Notes under the pieces: model-generated
Databases searched by the model: none
Seen by the model: the letters and a program-made list of their open reading frames with translations, nothing else
What the model was told of the DNA's origin: nothing
Position numbers and translations under genes: made by a program
Shown here: piece by piece, positions 22,332 to 33,044 of the stretch
Layout of the letters: each line of letters begins with the position of its first letter
Numbering within the stretch: the first letter of the stretch is position 1
From: a virus
Taxonomy: Duplodnaviria; Heunggongvirae; Uroviricota; Caudoviricetes
DNA: 41,587 nt
Reading direction: 5' to 3' (one strand)
IMG/VR virus record: IMGVR_UViG_2541047938_000008
Location: 1 to 41,587 of that record

Positions 22332-23831
22332 TTAAGTTCTCCGTGCGATGGGCCTGATTGGGGCTGGTATCTTTTTCTCTTTTGGTTTTTTGATGTCGCG
22401 CATCATTTTGGCGAAGCGGCGCATCATGTATGCATAGCGAACGGCGGATAGCACGTCGTCGTTAAGCTTGACGATCTTCCCGTTTTCATCACGGTGATAG
22501 AGGCGGAACTCCTCAAAGAATGGCTCACAGGTGTTGAATACTTTGAAGCGACCATCAAGCATCATGTCGCGCAATTCAGTGATTCCAGGCTCCACAGCGT
22601 TACCGCCATCAGGCCATGTCGCATGCTCCTGCAACATCATAAAACCAGCGTCCGCGTACTGCCCTTTGAGCTGCTCACCGCCGCCCTTCTCATGCTGGTT
22701 TCCGTCATGAGGCCATGCGGTTGGCACTTTATGCGCCCATGATTTAACAGCTCCCCATGCCTGAACAGCTGTTTTTTCTTTCGCCTTCCACACGCGTGAA
22801 ACGTAGATTGTGTCTGCGTCCTTATCCCACCAAAGCTGAACCTGCGCCTGTGGGTGATCCCATCCAAAATCCATCCCACCAATTACGTAGAAGTGATCAG
22901 GACACTCGAACGGCTGACACTTAATAGTCTCTTCCGGTATCTGGAAGATTCGACCGCTACCCATCGTAGGAATACCGCGAGCACGCGCCTCTCTCTCATG
23001 CTCGGGATAGGATGCGATGATTTGCTCTTTCTGCTCGTCGGTGTAGTGCTCAGCGTCATAGATGGTCATGTTGACCACTTTCTGCGACTTGCTGGGATTC
23101 TTCAGGAACTTGGTAACAACGTCAGACATCCCCATCAGCGGGGTAAACGTCAGAATTGAGAATTGCCCGTATTTGTTGGTACGGGTAAGGCCTTCGCCAT
23201 AAATGCTGTATGGTGGCTCTTCGTCAAACCACACGCCGTGGATTGTGTCACCCTGCCAGCGAGCGCGACCTTGCGAGTATGGTTTGAAGTAGCAGATTGA
23301 AATGCCATCTTCAACGCCATCAGCCGTGTGATGCTTAACCAGAAGATGATCAACAAGGTTCGGAAAGAAAGGAGACTTCTTCCAGCTAATGATGTCTTCT
23401 TTAGGTATGGAACCGTAGCCTGGCTCATCATTCTCTTCGATACGACCACACAGGATGCGTTGAGTCGTTTTGGTTACAGTCTCGTTTGTCTCGCCGCCAA
23501 TCCAGAAGACAACAGGCTCATAGAAACGCTTACCTTTCCACTCCCCACCATATTTACCATCAGCCGGATAGCCTTTTGTTCCCGGATAACGCCCGGTAAG
23601 GTGAAACGCGACTTCAGCAGCCCCAGTAAATGACTTACCAAGCTGGTTACCAGCCATAAAACAGCGCTCTGGATAGTCATGCCCGGCATCGATGAACTCA
23701 CGCTGTTTGCTGTATGGCGTAAATTCATATAGCAGGTGTGTGTTCCGGTAGTTCTCTTCTTCTTCGAGTAGCTCGAGTAACTCGATTTGCTCTTCGTCGC
23801 TCAGGTTATCAAGAATCGCGTCCAGTTCCAC
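22332..23831 (-). CDS. Terminase large subunit, P22 gp2-like
   Basis: 499 aa, ATPase and nuclease regions. Confidence 0.9.
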   Translation of the reverse strand: MELDAILDNLSDEEQIELLELLEEEENYRNTHLLYEFTPYSKQREFIDAGHDYPERCFMAGNQLGKSFTGAAEVAFHLTGRYPGTKGYPADGKYGGEWKGKRFYEPVVFWIGGETNETVTKTTQRILCGRIEENDEPGYGSIPKEDIISWKKSPFFPNLVDHLLVKHHTADGVEDGISICYFKPYSQGRARWQGDTIHGVWFDEEPPYSIYGEGLTRTNKYGQFSILTFTPLMGMSDVVTKFLKNPSKSQKVVNMTIYDAEHYTDEQKEQIIASYPEHEREARARGIPTMGSGRIFQIPEETIKCQPFECPDHFYVIGGMDFGWDHPQAQVQLWWDKDADTIYVSRVWKAKEKTAVQAWGAVKSWAHKVPTAWPHDGNQHEKGGGEQLKGQYADAGFMMLQEHATWPDGGNAVEPGITELRDMMLDGRFKVFNTCEPFFEEFRLYHRDENGKIVKLNDDVLSAVRYAYMMRRFAKMMRDIKKPKEKKIPAPIRPIARRT

Positions 23832-24303
23832 GGTTGAATAGCTCCTTGATACGAGAGCGCCGCTTATCGCGATCTCCCTTATCAGGTGTCACGTCTTCAA
23901 CTTGCGACTGCTCTTTGAGGCCCAAATCACGGGCGATGATGTTAGCGTTGAGAAGGTCAGCGGCTGCGCCAGAGAATTTCTGGTCGTAGATGATGTCTTC
24001 CGCTCGTGATGTGACGTCAGAAAAACCTTCCATTGACCGGAAGGTTCCCCATGTTTGCCTGGTGATATCAAGGAAGGTACACAATCCTGAAATAGTCATG
24101 GCTCGCATCTTAGGGACATTAGCCTTAATTATTTCTCCCTGATATGAAAATACCTTACCCTCCCATAGCGGGTTATCATCAGCCCACTCGAAGTATTCAC
24201 AACAAGCAGCCCACAGCGCCTCAGGCGATTCGAATTTAGGGTTTCGCCCATGACTACTGCGGGCCTCCCAGAATCGGTTGCCCTTTGGTGCTGCCATATT
24301 CAT
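23809..24303 (-). CDS. Terminase small subunit, P22 gp3-like
   Basis: 164 aa, N-terminus [22 protein letters not shown] as in P22/Sf6 gp3. Confidence 0.8.
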   Translation of the reverse strand: MNMAAPKGNRFWEARSSHGRNPKFESPEALWAACCEYFEWADDNPLWEGKVFSYQGEIIKANVPKMRAMTISGLCTFLDITRQTWGTFRSMEGFSDVTSRAEDIIYDQKFSGAAADLLNANIIARDLGLKEQSQVEDVTPDKGDRDKRRSRIKELFNRGTGRDS

Positions 24304-24332
24304 CTCACTTAATCGTTATTTCAGGTTGAGCA

Positions 24333-24575
24333 TCATGCTCCGGTGGTGAACAGGTCTAACGCTTCCTTCGATTTACGCACCGCTTCAAATGTGCGGATCG
24401 TGATATCTGAATTAGCGCCACCTGACTGGAAGTGAATTTTGAATAGCTCAAGCTTCAGTTCGTCAGTGCCAATGAATTGAAATGCTTCTTCTGCGGCTGC
24501 GTTCTGGTTCATGACCAGTTTGTAAATCTCTAACTGGAATTTCTGTTCTTCAGTCATGGGAATAATCTCTGCCAT
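24333..24575 (-). CDS. Hypothetical protein upstream of terminase
   Basis: 80-aa ORF, no recognisable motif. Confidence 0.4.
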   Translation of the reverse strand: MAEIIPMTEEQKFQLEIYKLVMNQNAAAEEAFQFIGTDELKLELFKIHFQSGGANSDITIRTFEAVRKSKEALDLFTTGA

Positions 24576-25033
24576 TGTTGGCTCCGTTTATCCGTTAAAA
24601 GGGATATCAGTTAAGTTATCCCGTGTAGGGTATAAGCCATTATCAAAGCCACTCTGTAGGGAATGGCTTTTGTGATGGCATCACTTACTCTTTACGCTGC
24701 TATCCCACTCATCCCGGAATTTTGATGGGTTATTGAAACCTTCTGCTGACATAACAACTCCTTCAATGTTTGGCTGAAATTAGGATGTCTTTCCATCAGT
24801 CCGCCACCACAAAGAATCTTTTTTGCCATAAGGCAGGAGGTTCATCTTTCAGTGGCTGCCAGTGTTATTTCCCCACTTACTGGCTTGGGTTGTTTCGTGG
24901 TACTGCCGCAACTGGTGGTGCACAGACTTAGTTAAATCTGTTCTCGCCTGAACTATCTTTTACATACCCGGATTGTGGGGATGTAAATCACGGTTTCATT
25001 ATCAAGCCCACCCGTAGATGGGCTTTGGAATGA

Positions 25034-25552
25034 TCACTTTGGCAGTCCGGGGATCGATATTTGCGCCTGCTGCTCAAGCCTTTCGATTCTTGCTATGAGT
25101 TGAGGTTTTTTGATCCTGCCCCAGCGGTTCAGCAAGCGTCCTGACATACTGGCAACATCCTTTTCCTTCATGAACTCCAGCATTAACTCGTTGTGCTCTC
25201 TTTGGTATGAGTGAGCCATCTCCATCAGCCTGTCACGCATCCAATTAAATGCTTTGATAAACGCCTCTTTGATGGCGGCAGCTTTTTTGCCGGTAAACGA
25301 CATGATGATGTACATCGCACCGTCTTTGGAAATTTCATATTCAACATACTGATTACCCTTGTGTTCATAGGTAACCCGCGAAAAGTTGCTGGTTAGAAAT
25401 TCATCCGAACAGTCTAGCTTTTCGATTTTCTGAATGATGTGGTGATGCTGCTTGTCGAAGTAAGCTGCTACCTTGCGGGAGGTTGTGATCACGCGATCAC
25501 CAGAAACAACCACCATGTCCCGGAAATCTAGATTAGCCAATTGATGATTCAT
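25034..25552 (-). CDS. Rha-family phage regulatory protein
   Basis: VVVSGDRVITTSRKVAAYFDKQHHHIIQKIEKL matches the Rha N-terminal domain; start taken at MNHQLANL. Confidence 0.7.
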   Translation of the reverse strand: MNHQLANLDFRDMVVVSGDRVITTSRKVAAYFDKQHHHIIQKIEKLDCSDEFLTSNFSRVTYEHKGNQYVEYEISKDGAMYIIMSFTGKKAAAIKEAFIKAFNWMRDRLMEMAHSYQREHNELMLEFMKEKDVASMSGRLLNRWGRIKKPQLIARIERLEQQAQISIPGLPK

Positions 25553-25712
25553 AGCGTCTTTACCTTTTAGAAAGTGAGCCTGTCTCACAGAAAAGCCGCC
25601 CGAGAGAGGTCGCCACCTATAACGGCATTTCTCAGGCTCGCTTACTGAAAGGCTCTCGTTAATATGCGCGTGAGATGCGCTGTGAAATTCAGATATAAAA
25701 AAGCCCCGCGAA

Positions 25713-25742
25713 TGCGAGGCTAAATCCTGGTATTTGTAATGA
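25713..25742 (-). terminator. Putative intrinsic terminator after Rz
   Basis: Imperfect GC hairpin followed by a U-run on the minus strand. Confidence 0.4.
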
Positions 25743-25895
25743 ACTGACTCTTATCTCAACGCAGCCCCTTACCGCGCGCCATATGCTCAACTTCAAGCAT
25801 CAGCAATGAGATGTTTAATCTGGATTCACCCCAGAAGTGATCACCACCCTGTCTACAGAGCCAGATGTGAAGGATGATGAGTAAAATTATCGCTA

Positions 25896-26333
25896 TCATC
25901 GAAGGCATTGCGTCCTGATGTATTCCTGCAGGTAGTTAACCTGCGCGGTTATCCTGTCTATTCCACTTCTGAGACGGTAATAATTGAGTTCAGCATCTGC
26001 TGTAAGTCTTGGGCTTTCTCCATCGCCCATGCTGCTGGCTCCGGTCGTTGACTTTGCACAGGTGGCGGCGACTTGCAGGCGCTTACGCCCAGCAGAAACA
26101 TCAGCACGGAGGCTTTCGATAGTCGCGTTAGCATCAGCAAGCTCCTTTGTGTATCTGGCGTCAAGTTCTGCTACATCACGTTGACGCTTCTGCATGTCAG
26201 CGATTGTGGATGTGGCCTTATCGCGCTGCTCTTTGTAGGTCATGGCGTTATCACGGTAATGATTAACAGCCCATGACAGGCAGACGATGATGCAGATAAC
26301 CAGAGCGGAGATAATCGCGGTGACTCTGCTCAT
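25896..26333 (-). CDS. Rz: Spanin inner-membrane subunit Rz
   Basis: 145 aa, N-terminal TM helix then coiled coil, lambda Rz-like. Confidence 0.85.
   Translation of the reverse strand: MSRVTAIISALVICIIVCLSWAVNHYRDNAMTYKEQRDKATSTIADMQKRQRDVAELDARYTKELADANATIESLRADVSAGRKRLQVAATCAKSTTGASSMGDGESPRLTADAELNYYRLRSGIDRITAQVNYLQEYIRTQCLR
25958..26134 (-). CDS. Rz1: Spanin outer-membrane lipoprotein Rz1 (embedded in Rz, +1 frame)
   Basis: Embedded ORF with lipobox LGVSAC and Pro-rich mature part. Confidence 0.7.
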   Translation of the reverse strand: MLTRLSKASVLMFLLGVSACKSPPPVQSQRPEPAAWAMEKAQDLQQMLNSIITVSEVE

Positions 26334-26806
26334 ACCTCAATCTCTCTGACCGTTCCGCCAGCTTCTTTGAATTTTGCAATCAGGCCGTCAACCTTATGCT
26401 CGAACTGACCGTAACCAGCCCCCGGCAGTGAAGCCCAGATATTACTGCAACGGTCGATTGCCTGACGGATATCACCGCGATCAATCATCGGCAAAGCGCC
26501 ACGTTCCTTAATCTGTTGCAGTGCCACAGCGTCCTGGCTTTTCGGAGAGAAGTCTTTCAGGCCAAGCTGCTTACGATAGGCATCCCACCAACGGGAAAGA
26601 AGCTGGTAACGTCCGGCTGCTGTTGATTTGAGTTTTGGGTTTAGCGTGACAAGTTTGCGAGGGTGATCTGAGTAATCAGTGAATAGCTCTCCGCCTACAA
26701 TGACGTCATAACCATGATTTCTGGTTTTCTGTCGTCCGTTATCAGTTCCCTCTGACCACGCCAGCATATCGAGGAACGCCTTACGTTGATTATTGATTTC
26801 CACCAT
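26330..26806 (-). CDS. R: Endolysin, lambda R-type lytic transglycosylase
   Basis: 158 aa, near-identical to lambda R ([24 protein letters not shown]...). Confidence 0.9.
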   Translation of the reverse strand: MVEINNQRKAFLDMLAWSEGTDNGRQKTRNHGYDVIVGGELFTDYSDHPRKLVTLNPKLKSTAAGRYQLLSRWWDAYRKQLGLKDFSPKSQDAVALQQIKERGALPMIDRGDIRQAIDRCSNIWASLPGAGYGQFEHKVDGLIAKFKEAGGTVREIEV

Positions 26807-27113
26807 CTTCTACTCCGGCTTTTTTAGCAGCGAAGCGTTTGATAAGCGAACCAATCGAGTCAGTACCGATGTAGCCGATAAACACGCTCGTTATATAAGC
26901 GAGATTGCTACTTAGTCCGGCGAAGTCGAGAAGGTCACGAATGAACCAGGCGATAATGGCGCACATCGTTGCGTCGATTACTGTTTTTGTAAACGCACCG
27001 CCATTATATCTGCCGCGAAGGTACGCCATTGCAAACGCAAGGATTGCCCCGATGCCTTGTTCCTTTGCCGCGAGAATGGCGGCTAACAGGTCATGTTTTT
27101 CTGGCATCTTCAT
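26790..27113 (-). CDS. S: Holin, lambda S-type
   Basis: 107 aa with dual-start motif MKMPEK and three TM helices. Confidence 0.9.
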   Translation of the reverse strand: MKMPEKHDLLAAILAAKEQGIGAILAFAMAYLRGRYNGGAFTKTVIDATMCAIIAWFIRDLLDFAGLSSNLAYITSVFIGYIGTDSIGSLIKRFAAKKAGVEDGGNQ

Positions 27114-27236
27114 GTCTTACCCCCAATAAGGGGATTTGCTCTATTTAATTAGGAATAAGGTCGATTACTGATAGAACAAATCCAGGCTACTGTGTTTAGT
27201 AATCAGATTTGTTCGTGACCGATATGCACGGGCAAA

Positions 27237-27268
27237 ACGGCAGGAGGTTGTTAGCGCAGCCTCCTGCC
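27237..27268 (-). terminator. Hairpin with trailing U-tract between the tRNA pair and S
   Basis: 9-bp stem GGCAGGAGG/CCTCCTGCC followed by GUUUUG on the minus strand. Confidence 0.4.
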
Positions 27269-27355
27269 ACCCGCTTTCACGAAGATCATGTGTAGAAGGC
27301 CGCAGCGTAACTATCACTGATGAGTTCAGGATAGCCAGTGGCTACGGCTCAGTTA

Positions 27356-27431
27356 TGGTGCTGGTTAACGGACTTGAACCGCTACCCATTCGCTTACAAG
27401 GCGACTGCTCTACCATTGGAGCTAAACCAGC
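27356..27431 (-). tRNA. tRNA-Thr (anticodon UGU), phage-encoded
   Basis: Hand-folded cloverleaf: 7-bp acceptor stem, D-arm GCTC/GAGC, anticodon loop CTTGTAA, T-arm AGCGG-TTCAAGT-CCGTT, CCA. Confidence 0.6.
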
Positions 27432-27436
27432 ATATT

Positions 27437-27511
27437 TGGCGGGACAGCGTGGACTCGAACCACGATAAGAAGGTTAACAGCCTTCCGTAATGACCTTTAT
27501 ACGACTGACCC
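27437..27511 (-). tRNA. tRNA-Asn (anticodon GUU), phage-encoded
   Basis: Hand-folded cloverleaf: anticodon stem GAAGG/CCTTC, loop CTGTTAA, T-arm CGTGG-TTCGAGT-CCACG, CCA; one U-U mismatch in acceptor stem and 4-nt variable loop. Confidence 0.5.
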
Positions 27512-27512
27512 A

Positions 27513-27575
27513 AATAAAAAATCCCGAAACCGTTATGCAGGCTCTAACTATTACCTGCGAACTGTTTCGGGATTG
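27513..27575 (-). terminator. tR'-like terminator ending the short pR' transcript
   Basis: Long stem AATCCCGAAAC...GTTTCGGGATT followed by UUUUUUAUUU on the minus strand, about 190 nt downstream of pR'. Confidence 0.6.
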
Positions 27576-27714
27576 CATTTTACAGACCTCTCAGCCTGCG
27601 ATGGTTGGAGTTCCAGACGATACGTCGAAGTGACCAACTAGGCGGAATCGGTAGTAAGCGCCGCCTCTTTTTATCTCACTACCACAACGAGCGAATTAAC
27701 CCATCGTTGGGTCA

Positions 27715-27743
27715 AATTTACCCAACTTTATTCAAAAAGTCAA
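27715..27743 (-). promoter_or_regulatory. Late promoter pR' (with qut region downstream)
   Basis: TTGACT-17 nt-TAAATT on the minus strand just downstream of Q, as in lambda pR'. Confidence 0.6.
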
Positions 27744-27785
27744 TATCATGCCGTTAATATGTTGCCATCCGTGGCAATCATGCTG

Positions 27786-28409
27786 CTAACGTGTGACCGC
27801 ATTCAAAATGTTGTCTGCGATTGACTCTTCCTTGTGGCATTGCACCACCAGAGCGTCATACAGCGGCTTAACAGTGCGTGACCAGGTGGGTTGGGTAAGG
27901 TTTGGGATTAGCATCGTTACAGCGCGATATGCGGCGCTTGCTGGCATCCTGGAATAGCCGACGCCTTTGCATCTTCCGCACTCTTTCTCGACAACTCTCC
28001 CCCACTGCTCTGTTTTGGCAATATCAACGGCCCGGCCAGTACCGTGGCAATCTCTGCATCTTGCGCCCGGTGTCGCGGCACTACGGCAATAATCCGCATA
28101 AGCGAATGTTGCGAGCACTTGCAGTACCTTTGCCTTAGTATTTCCTTCGAGCTTTGCCACACCACGGTATTTCCCCGATACCTTGTGTGCAAATTGCATC
28201 AGATAGTTGATAGCCTTTTGTTTGTCGTTCTGGCTGAGTTCGTGCTTACCACAGAATGCAGCCATTCCGAATCCGGCTTGTGATTGCGCCATCCCCATAG
28301 CAGCCATCACATCAGTACCGGAAAGAGAGTCAGAAGCCGTGGCCCGTGGTGAGTCACTCATCATCGGGCTTTTTGGCGAATGAAATTTAGCTACGCTTTC
28401 GAGTCTCAT
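27786..28409 (-). CDS. Q: Late antiterminator Q (lambda type)
   Basis: 207 aa, near-identical to lambda Q including the zinc-binding CRDCHGTG...CGRCKG. Confidence 0.9.
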   Translation of the reverse strand: MRLESVAKFHSPKSPMMSDSPRATASDSLSGTDVMAAMGMAQSQAGFGMAAFCGKHELSQNDKQKAINYLMQFAHKVSGKYRGVAKLEGNTKAKVLQVLATFAYADYCRSAATPGARCRDCHGTGRAVDIAKTEQWGRVVEKECGRCKGVGYSRMPASAAYRAVTMLIPNLTQPTWSRTVKPLYDALVVQCHKEESIADNILNAVTR

Positions 28410-29071
28410 GCGCCTTCTCCCTGTACCTGAATCAATGTGAGGTTTCCGCAGAACACTGCGCCGGTATCGATATACATCTGGTTGGCAAACTTGAGTGGTT
28501 TCACTGCTGGCGTATGACCAAAGATGAACGTGTCCGCGCCTTTGATTTCTTTCACGATCCCGTCTTGTGAGTTGCTGATTCGTTCGCGGTTCCAGATTAC
28601 CTGCTGATGATCAACTGGTTTTCCAAACTCGTATTCGTCACAAGGATAATCGGCGTGGCAGATGACATATTTTTTATCTTTGCTCACCAGTTCGATGATT
28701 AACGGAAGTTCATCTGCTTTATGGGCAAGAGCTTTAGCCAGAATTTCTTTGTCGTAATCGAGATTAAAGAACCATCCACCGCCATTAAGCAGCCAGTGAT
28801 TAACGTTTCCACGCTCTGATAAGCCATCAATCATCATTTGCTCATGGTTTCCACGTACAGCTCTGAACCAGGGGAATGTGATTAATTCCAGGCATTCGAC
28901 GTTCTCTGTACCGCGATCAACCAAATCGCCCACTGAGATAAGCAGGTCTTTTTTGGTGTCGAATCCTATCGTCTCCAGTTTTTTCATCAGGTTCGTGTAG
29001 CATCCGTGCAGATCGCCAACTACCAAAATATTTCGGTATTTGCTGCCATCAATTTTTTCGTAATAGCGCAT
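28406..29071 (-). CDS. ninI: Ser/Thr protein phosphatase NinI
   Basis: Metallophosphatase motifs GDLHG, GDLVDRG, GNHE; start taken at MRYYEKIDG. Confidence 0.85.
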   Translation of the reverse strand: MRYYEKIDGSKYRNILVVGDLHGCYTNLMKKLETIGFDTKKDLLISVGDLVDRGTENVECLELITFPWFRAVRGNHEQMMIDGLSERGNVNHWLLNGGGWFFNLDYDKEILAKALAHKADELPLIIELVSKDKKYVICHADYPCDEYEFGKPVDHQQVIWNRERISNSQDGIVKEIKGADTFIFGHTPAVKPLKFANQMYIDTGAVFCGNLTLIQVQGEGA

Positions 29072-29255
29072 CTCTTTCACTCCATCCGCGATGAACCATG
29101 AGAACGTCGTTGACGATGGCGTGCATTTTCCCGTCTTTATCATCAACGTATTTTCTGACCGTACCGCGACTACATTTCAGTCTGCGTGCTACTTCTGTCT
29201 GGTTTCCGTATGCTTCAACGAGCATGTCTGGAATGGTTTTTACTGAGAACGTCAT
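29049..29255 (-). CDS. ninH: NinH
   Basis: 68 aa, lambda NinH-like, HTH region. Confidence 0.8.
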   Translation of the reverse strand: MTFSVKTIPDMLVEAYGNQTEVARRLKCSRGTVRKYVDDKDGKMHAIVNDVLMVHRGWSERDALLRKN

Positions 29256-29863
29256 GCGGCCTCACTTCTGCTATTTCGTAGGTCTTTGAGTTTCTGTTGG
29301 TACTCTGCCTTGATCGCCTTGCACTCTTCGATAGTCCAGCGATGGCGGTTATGGTTTGATTCGATTTCGTCTACTGCTTCCTGCCCGATGCGGCTAATCA
29401 GTTCGACGCGATACGGAACGAGATTTCCGCTTTTGTGCTGGTTGCACACCACGCATTGCTTGTGAATATTGCGTTCATCAAATCGGAGTTGAGGTGCCGC
29501 AGCAGTTGTCCGGTAATGCCCGGCATCCCACTGAGCAGACGTGAGCGTTCCGCACGAGATACATGGTAAGTCGCGGTCTCTTTCTCTGATGAAGGCGTTT
29601 ACGGCTTGTTGGGCTTGTTTAATCCAGTAACTGCGGGGCTTTAAGGCGAGTTTTCGAATCTTAAGTTTATCTTTCTGTTTCTGCTCCTCTCGTCGTCGTT
29701 TCTTCTCTGCTGCCTTTTCCGCTTTTTCGCGTTCTTTGCTTCGTCGTTCGAGTGCTATCTTGGTTCCACACTCTGGAGAGCACCACCACTGATTAGCGAA
29801 TGCAGGGTGAAACCATTCCCGACATTCATCGTTTTTACATCGTCTTCGCGCTGGTTTAGCCAT
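29252..29863 (-). CDS. ninG: NinG (Rap, recombination-associated)
   Basis: 203 aa, Cys-rich N-terminus and HNH-like CxxC, lambda NinG-like. Confidence 0.85.
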   Translation of the reverse strand: MAKPARRRCKNDECREWFHPAFANQWWCSPECGTKIALERRSKEREKAEKAAEKKRRREEQKQKDKLKIRKLALKPRSYWIKQAQQAVNAFIRERDRDLPCISCGTLTSAQWDAGHYRTTAAAPQLRFDERNIHKQCVVCNQHKSGNLVPYRVELISRIGQEAVDEIESNHNRHRWTIEECKAIKAEYQQKLKDLRNSRSEAA

Positions 29864-30032
29864 CGTCTTCTTCCTCGTACATTGAGCTATTCGGATCGCT
29901 CATCAGTTCTGCGCAGCAGTGCTCACACACGTGAACTTCCAGCACATGCAGCTTCTGGCCGCAGTTAGCGCACGTTAAAGCCCGCTCGACGCTTTCTTTC
30001 TGGTATTGAAGGGATTGGGATGGGCTAAGCAT
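29856..30032 (-). CDS. ninF: NinF
   Basis: 58-aa ORF found by hand, ending ...[15 protein letters not shown], stop overlapping ninG start. Confidence 0.75.
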   Translation of the reverse strand: MLSPSQSLQYQKESVERALTCANCGQKLHVLEVHVCEHCCAELMSDPNSSMYEEEDDG

Positions 30033-30397
30033 TATTGGATTCTCTGCATCATGAGAAAGACAATCATGGCGGCGCGAAGGGGATTTTTATGTATAGCTCG
30101 CTTAGATTTACAGTAGGCCACACCACGTGCACCCCACTCGTCTTCATCGAGATTGATAATGCTAATCCTGTATTTTTCAATAATCGGCCATGAGTCTGCT
30201 GGGTTTGCGCATGGGTTAAAGGATCCGCGCTCAACTTCTACTTCAACTGCGTCTCCGTTTACAATGTCTCCCTCAAATGAGACAAACACCATATCGCCAT
30301 TCTCACCTTCTTTGTAATCCGGTGATCCGTTATGAATGGCTTCGAATACCGCCACGTTAATTTCAAAATCACTTAACTGTGAATAATCCATTGTCAT
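30032..30397 (-). CDS. Hypothetical nin-region protein
   Basis: 121-aa ORF from MTMDYSQ, translationally coupled (ATGA) to ninE; acidic, no recognised motif. Confidence 0.45.
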   Translation of the reverse strand: MTMDYSQLSDFEINVAVFEAIHNGSPDYKEGENGDMVFVSFEGDIVNGDAVEVEVERGSFNPCANPADSWPIIEKYRISIINLDEDEWGARGVAYCKSKRAIHKNPLRAAMIVFLMMQRIQ

Positions 30398-30570
30398 TTC
30401 CTCGCACGATGTCTTAGCCACCGGATATCCCACAGGTGAGCCGTGTAGTTGAAGGTTTTTACGTCAGATTCTTTTGGGATTGGCTTGCGTTTATTTCTGG
30501 AGCGTTTCGTTGGAAGGTATTTGCAGTTTTCGCAGATTATGTCGGTGATACTTCGTCGCTGTCGTCTCAT
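30394..30570 (-). CDS. ninE: NinE
   Basis: [37 protein letters not shown] matches lambda NinE; start at internal Met of the listed ORF. Confidence 0.75.
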   Translation of the reverse strand: MRRQRRSITDIICENCKYLPTKRSRNKRKPIPKESDVKTFNYTAHLWDIRWLRHRARK

Positions 30571-31094
30571 GCCGCCCTCCTGACGCCCTGCCCGATCGCC
30601 ATCAATGCCGCTTTGGATACGGTAGTAAACATCCGTCGAGGACTGATGAACGGTCGCCAAATCAGCAGCATTGAGCCTTTGCTGTTTCCCTTCTTCTCCA
30701 GCCCCGTCGATGGTTCGATAAAATTAATCCGTCCATCAGTGATGATGCGAACTTCGTCAACGCTCTCCAGAGCCTTGCTGAACCATCCGACTGACATATC
30801 CTCTGGCACAAGCATCACTACCGTCTGTCGCTGTTGTATGCACTGCTCAGCGGCTTTTTCTACCCACGGCCTGATATTGCTGTACGGTGGGTTATTCCAG
30901 ATTGCACCGTGGCTTACCCACTCAGAATTGAGCGCGTCGTCGGCCTCAGTTAACCAGTGAGCGCACAGAGCATTTTTGTCGCTCGCTGCCGAATCCAGCC
31001 AGAATCCAAACTCAATATCCAGTGCATCAAAAAGCCAAAGCGGCGTTTGCCAGCAGTCCTTGTCGTGTGCTGGCGTATTTGATTTGATAGTCAT
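30567..31094 (-). CDS. Orphan DNA N6-adenine methyltransferase (phage Dam type)
   Basis: NPPYS catalytic motif; ATGA-coupled to ninB stop; no adjacent restriction gene. Confidence 0.75.
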   Translation of the reverse strand: MTIKSNTPAHDKDCWQTPLWLFDALDIEFGFWLDSAASDKNALCAHWLTEADDALNSEWVSHGAIWNNPPYSNIRPWVEKAAEQCIQQRQTVVMLVPEDMSVGWFSKALESVDEVRIITDGRINFIEPSTGLEKKGNSKGSMLLIWRPFISPRRMFTTVSKAALMAIGQGVRRAA

Positions 31095-31531
31095 GCAGCC
31101 CGATCTCCCCATCGCGCTTTCCACTCCAGAGCCAGTCGCGCTTCGTCTGACCACTTAACTCCACGCTCTGTACCGAATGCCTGTATAAGCTCTAATAGCT
31201 CCGCAAATTCGCTTACACGCATCCTGCTGGTTGACTGGCCTATTACCACAAAGCCATTCCCGGCAAGGTTAGGAACAACATCCTGCTGCTTTAATGCTGC
31301 GGTAAACACACACTTCCAGCTTTCTGCATCCAGCCAGCGACCATGCCATTCAACCTGACGAGAGACGTCACCAAGGCAAGCCCAAAGCTTTCTATTCTGG
31401 TCTAAGCTGCGGTTGCGTTCCTGAATGGTTACTACGATTGGTTTGGTTGGGTCTGGAAGGATTTGCTGTACTGCGTGAATAGCGTTTTGCTGATGTGCTG
31501 GAGATCGAATTTCAAAGGTTAGTTTTTTCAT
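31091..31531 (-). CDS. ninB: NinB (Orf recombination mediator)
   Basis: 146 aa from MKKLTFEIRS with SD; lambda NinB-like. Confidence 0.85.
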   Translation of the reverse strand: MKKLTFEIRSPAHQQNAIHAVQQILPDPTKPIVVTIQERNRSLDQNRKLWACLGDVSRQVEWHGRWLDAESWKCVFTAALKQQDVVPNLAGNGFVVIGQSTSRMRVSEFAELLELIQAFGTERGVKWSDEARLALEWKARWGDRAA

Positions 31532-31547
31532 GACTTCCCTCTCCCCC

Positions 31548-31580
31548 AAATAAAAAGGCCTGCGATTACCAGCAGGCCTG
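31548..31580 (-). terminator. tR2-like intrinsic terminator between helicase and ninB
   Basis: AGGCCTGC...GCAGGCCT hairpin followed by UUUUUAUUU on the minus strand. Confidence 0.55.
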
Positions 31581-31607
31581 TTATTAGCTCAGTGATGTAG
31601 ATGGTCA

Positions 31608-33044
31608 TCAGAATCCTCCTTTCTTCTTGGACTGCGGTTCCTCGCGTTCACGGCGGCGCATTTCAGCAGACTGTTGGTCTGTGTCATAAATAGCGCCATT
31701 TGCCTGAATGCAATACACCGTGCCGGTATTGCCATGACGATTGAGACGAAGGATTAGTTCAGTTTCACCAGGTGGAACACTGTCATCAAAAGCGCCTTCA
31801 CGATGGATCCCGACCCAATAATCGCAATCCTGTTCAATCTGCCCTGTATCTCGTGAGTCACTTGGTAATGGGCGTTTATTGGTTCGGCTTTCCAGTGCGC
31901 GGTTAAGCTGTGTCAGAAGCACAACAACGCAATCAAGCTCTTTGGCAAGGTTCTTCAGTCCTTTGGTGATCATGCCGTAAGCAAGGTCGTTGCGATCGGC
32001 CTTCTCAGCGGTCATTAGTGTCAGGTAATCGACCAGAATCATGCCAACACATCCTTTTTCTCGCTTGATTCGACGGCTTTCGCTGACGATTTGAGCCAGA
32101 GATAATCCCGGCGTGTCGTCGATGTAAAGCATGTCGATTTCACTCAAGCGATTTGCTGTTTCTATCGCCCTGTTGAAGTCACCATCGTAATCACCCTGAT
32201 AGCCGTCATCAGCGTCATTTGTCGCCGGAAGGTAAAAAATATTCGGGTTAACACCTGACTTCTGTCCTACCAGCTTTTCCAGTATCTGGTCGCCTGGCAT
32301 TTCAAGACTGAACATCAGAGCGGGCTTTTTCTCATGCACTGCGCAGTTGATTGCCATCTGGCTGTATAGCGTCGTTTTCCCCATCTTAGGGCGAGCGCCA
32401 ATGACGAACAGAGAGCCTTTCACCAGACCTTTCGGTGACAGCATCCTGTCCAGAGATGGGATCCCTGTGCTCATTCCTCGTTGTTCGCCTGACGGGTCAA
32501 ATCGCTTCTCAAGGTCGCTAACCCAGTCTTCCATGACCTCACCAAATGAGCGAAGGCCGCGACGCGATCCGGTTTTTGCATGGTCTGTCAGTTGCGTGAA
32601 AATCGCCTGAATAGCTTCGTACTTCTGCGTTGCAGTCATTCCGTTGCGGGAATAGAGCAATTCCGTCGCTTCAGTCATGCGGTTTATGGCGTAGCGTTCC
32701 ATTGCGGTTTCGCGAACCTGCATTGCATAGGCAACGATGTTTGCGGCGCTCGGCGTGTTCTTTGCGATCTCAGCGATATAAGCAAAACCGCCAACAGACG
32801 CCGTTAACGATTTACGCTCCAGTTCATCGAAAAGCGTCAGGCCATCTACTGGCTTTTGCTCCCGGTGCATTCTGGTTATTTCTTCGAAAAGGATTTTGTG
32901 TGGTCGGCTGTAAAATGAATCGGGCTTCAGCATCGCCAGAACTTTCTGGACGCGCTCACTGCTGTCATCATCCAGAAGCAATCCACCAATCACCGCCTGC
33001 TCTGCCTCGATGCTATGGGGCGGCGCATAAAAATTATCGGTCAT
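31608..33044 (-). CDS. Replicative DNA helicase (DnaB family, P22 gp12-like)
   Basis: N-terminal DnaB domain and C-terminal RecA-like ATPase (Walker A GARPKMGKT). Confidence 0.85.
   Translation of the reverse strand: MTDNFYAPPHSIEAEQAVIGGLLLDDDSSERVQKVLAMLKPDSFYSRPHKILFEEITRMHREQKPVDGLTLFDELERKSLTASVGGFAYIAEIAKNTPSAANIVAYAMQVRETAMERYAINRMTEATELLYSRNGMTATQKYEAIQAIFTQLTDHAKTGSRRGLRSFGEVMEDWVSDLEKRFDPSGEQRGMSTGIPSLDRMLSPKGLVKGSLFVIGARPKMGKTTLYSQMAINCAVHEKKPALMFSLEMPGDQILEKLVGQKSGVNPNIFYLPATNDADDGYQGDYDGDFNRAIETANRLSEIDMLYIDDTPGLSLAQIVSESRRIKREKGCVGMILVDYLTLMTAEKADRNDLAYGMITKGLKNLAKELDCVVVLLTQLNRALESRTNKRPLPSDSRDTGQIEQDCDYWVGIHREGAFDDSVPPGETELILRLNRHGNTGTVYCIQANGAIYDTDQQSAEMRRREREEPQSKKKGGF

Noticed and set aside
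27130-27355. Possible third tRNA between the tRNA pair and the holin gene
   Set aside because: No T-arm or acceptor-stem pairing could be folded; the region contains only a hairpin with U-tract.
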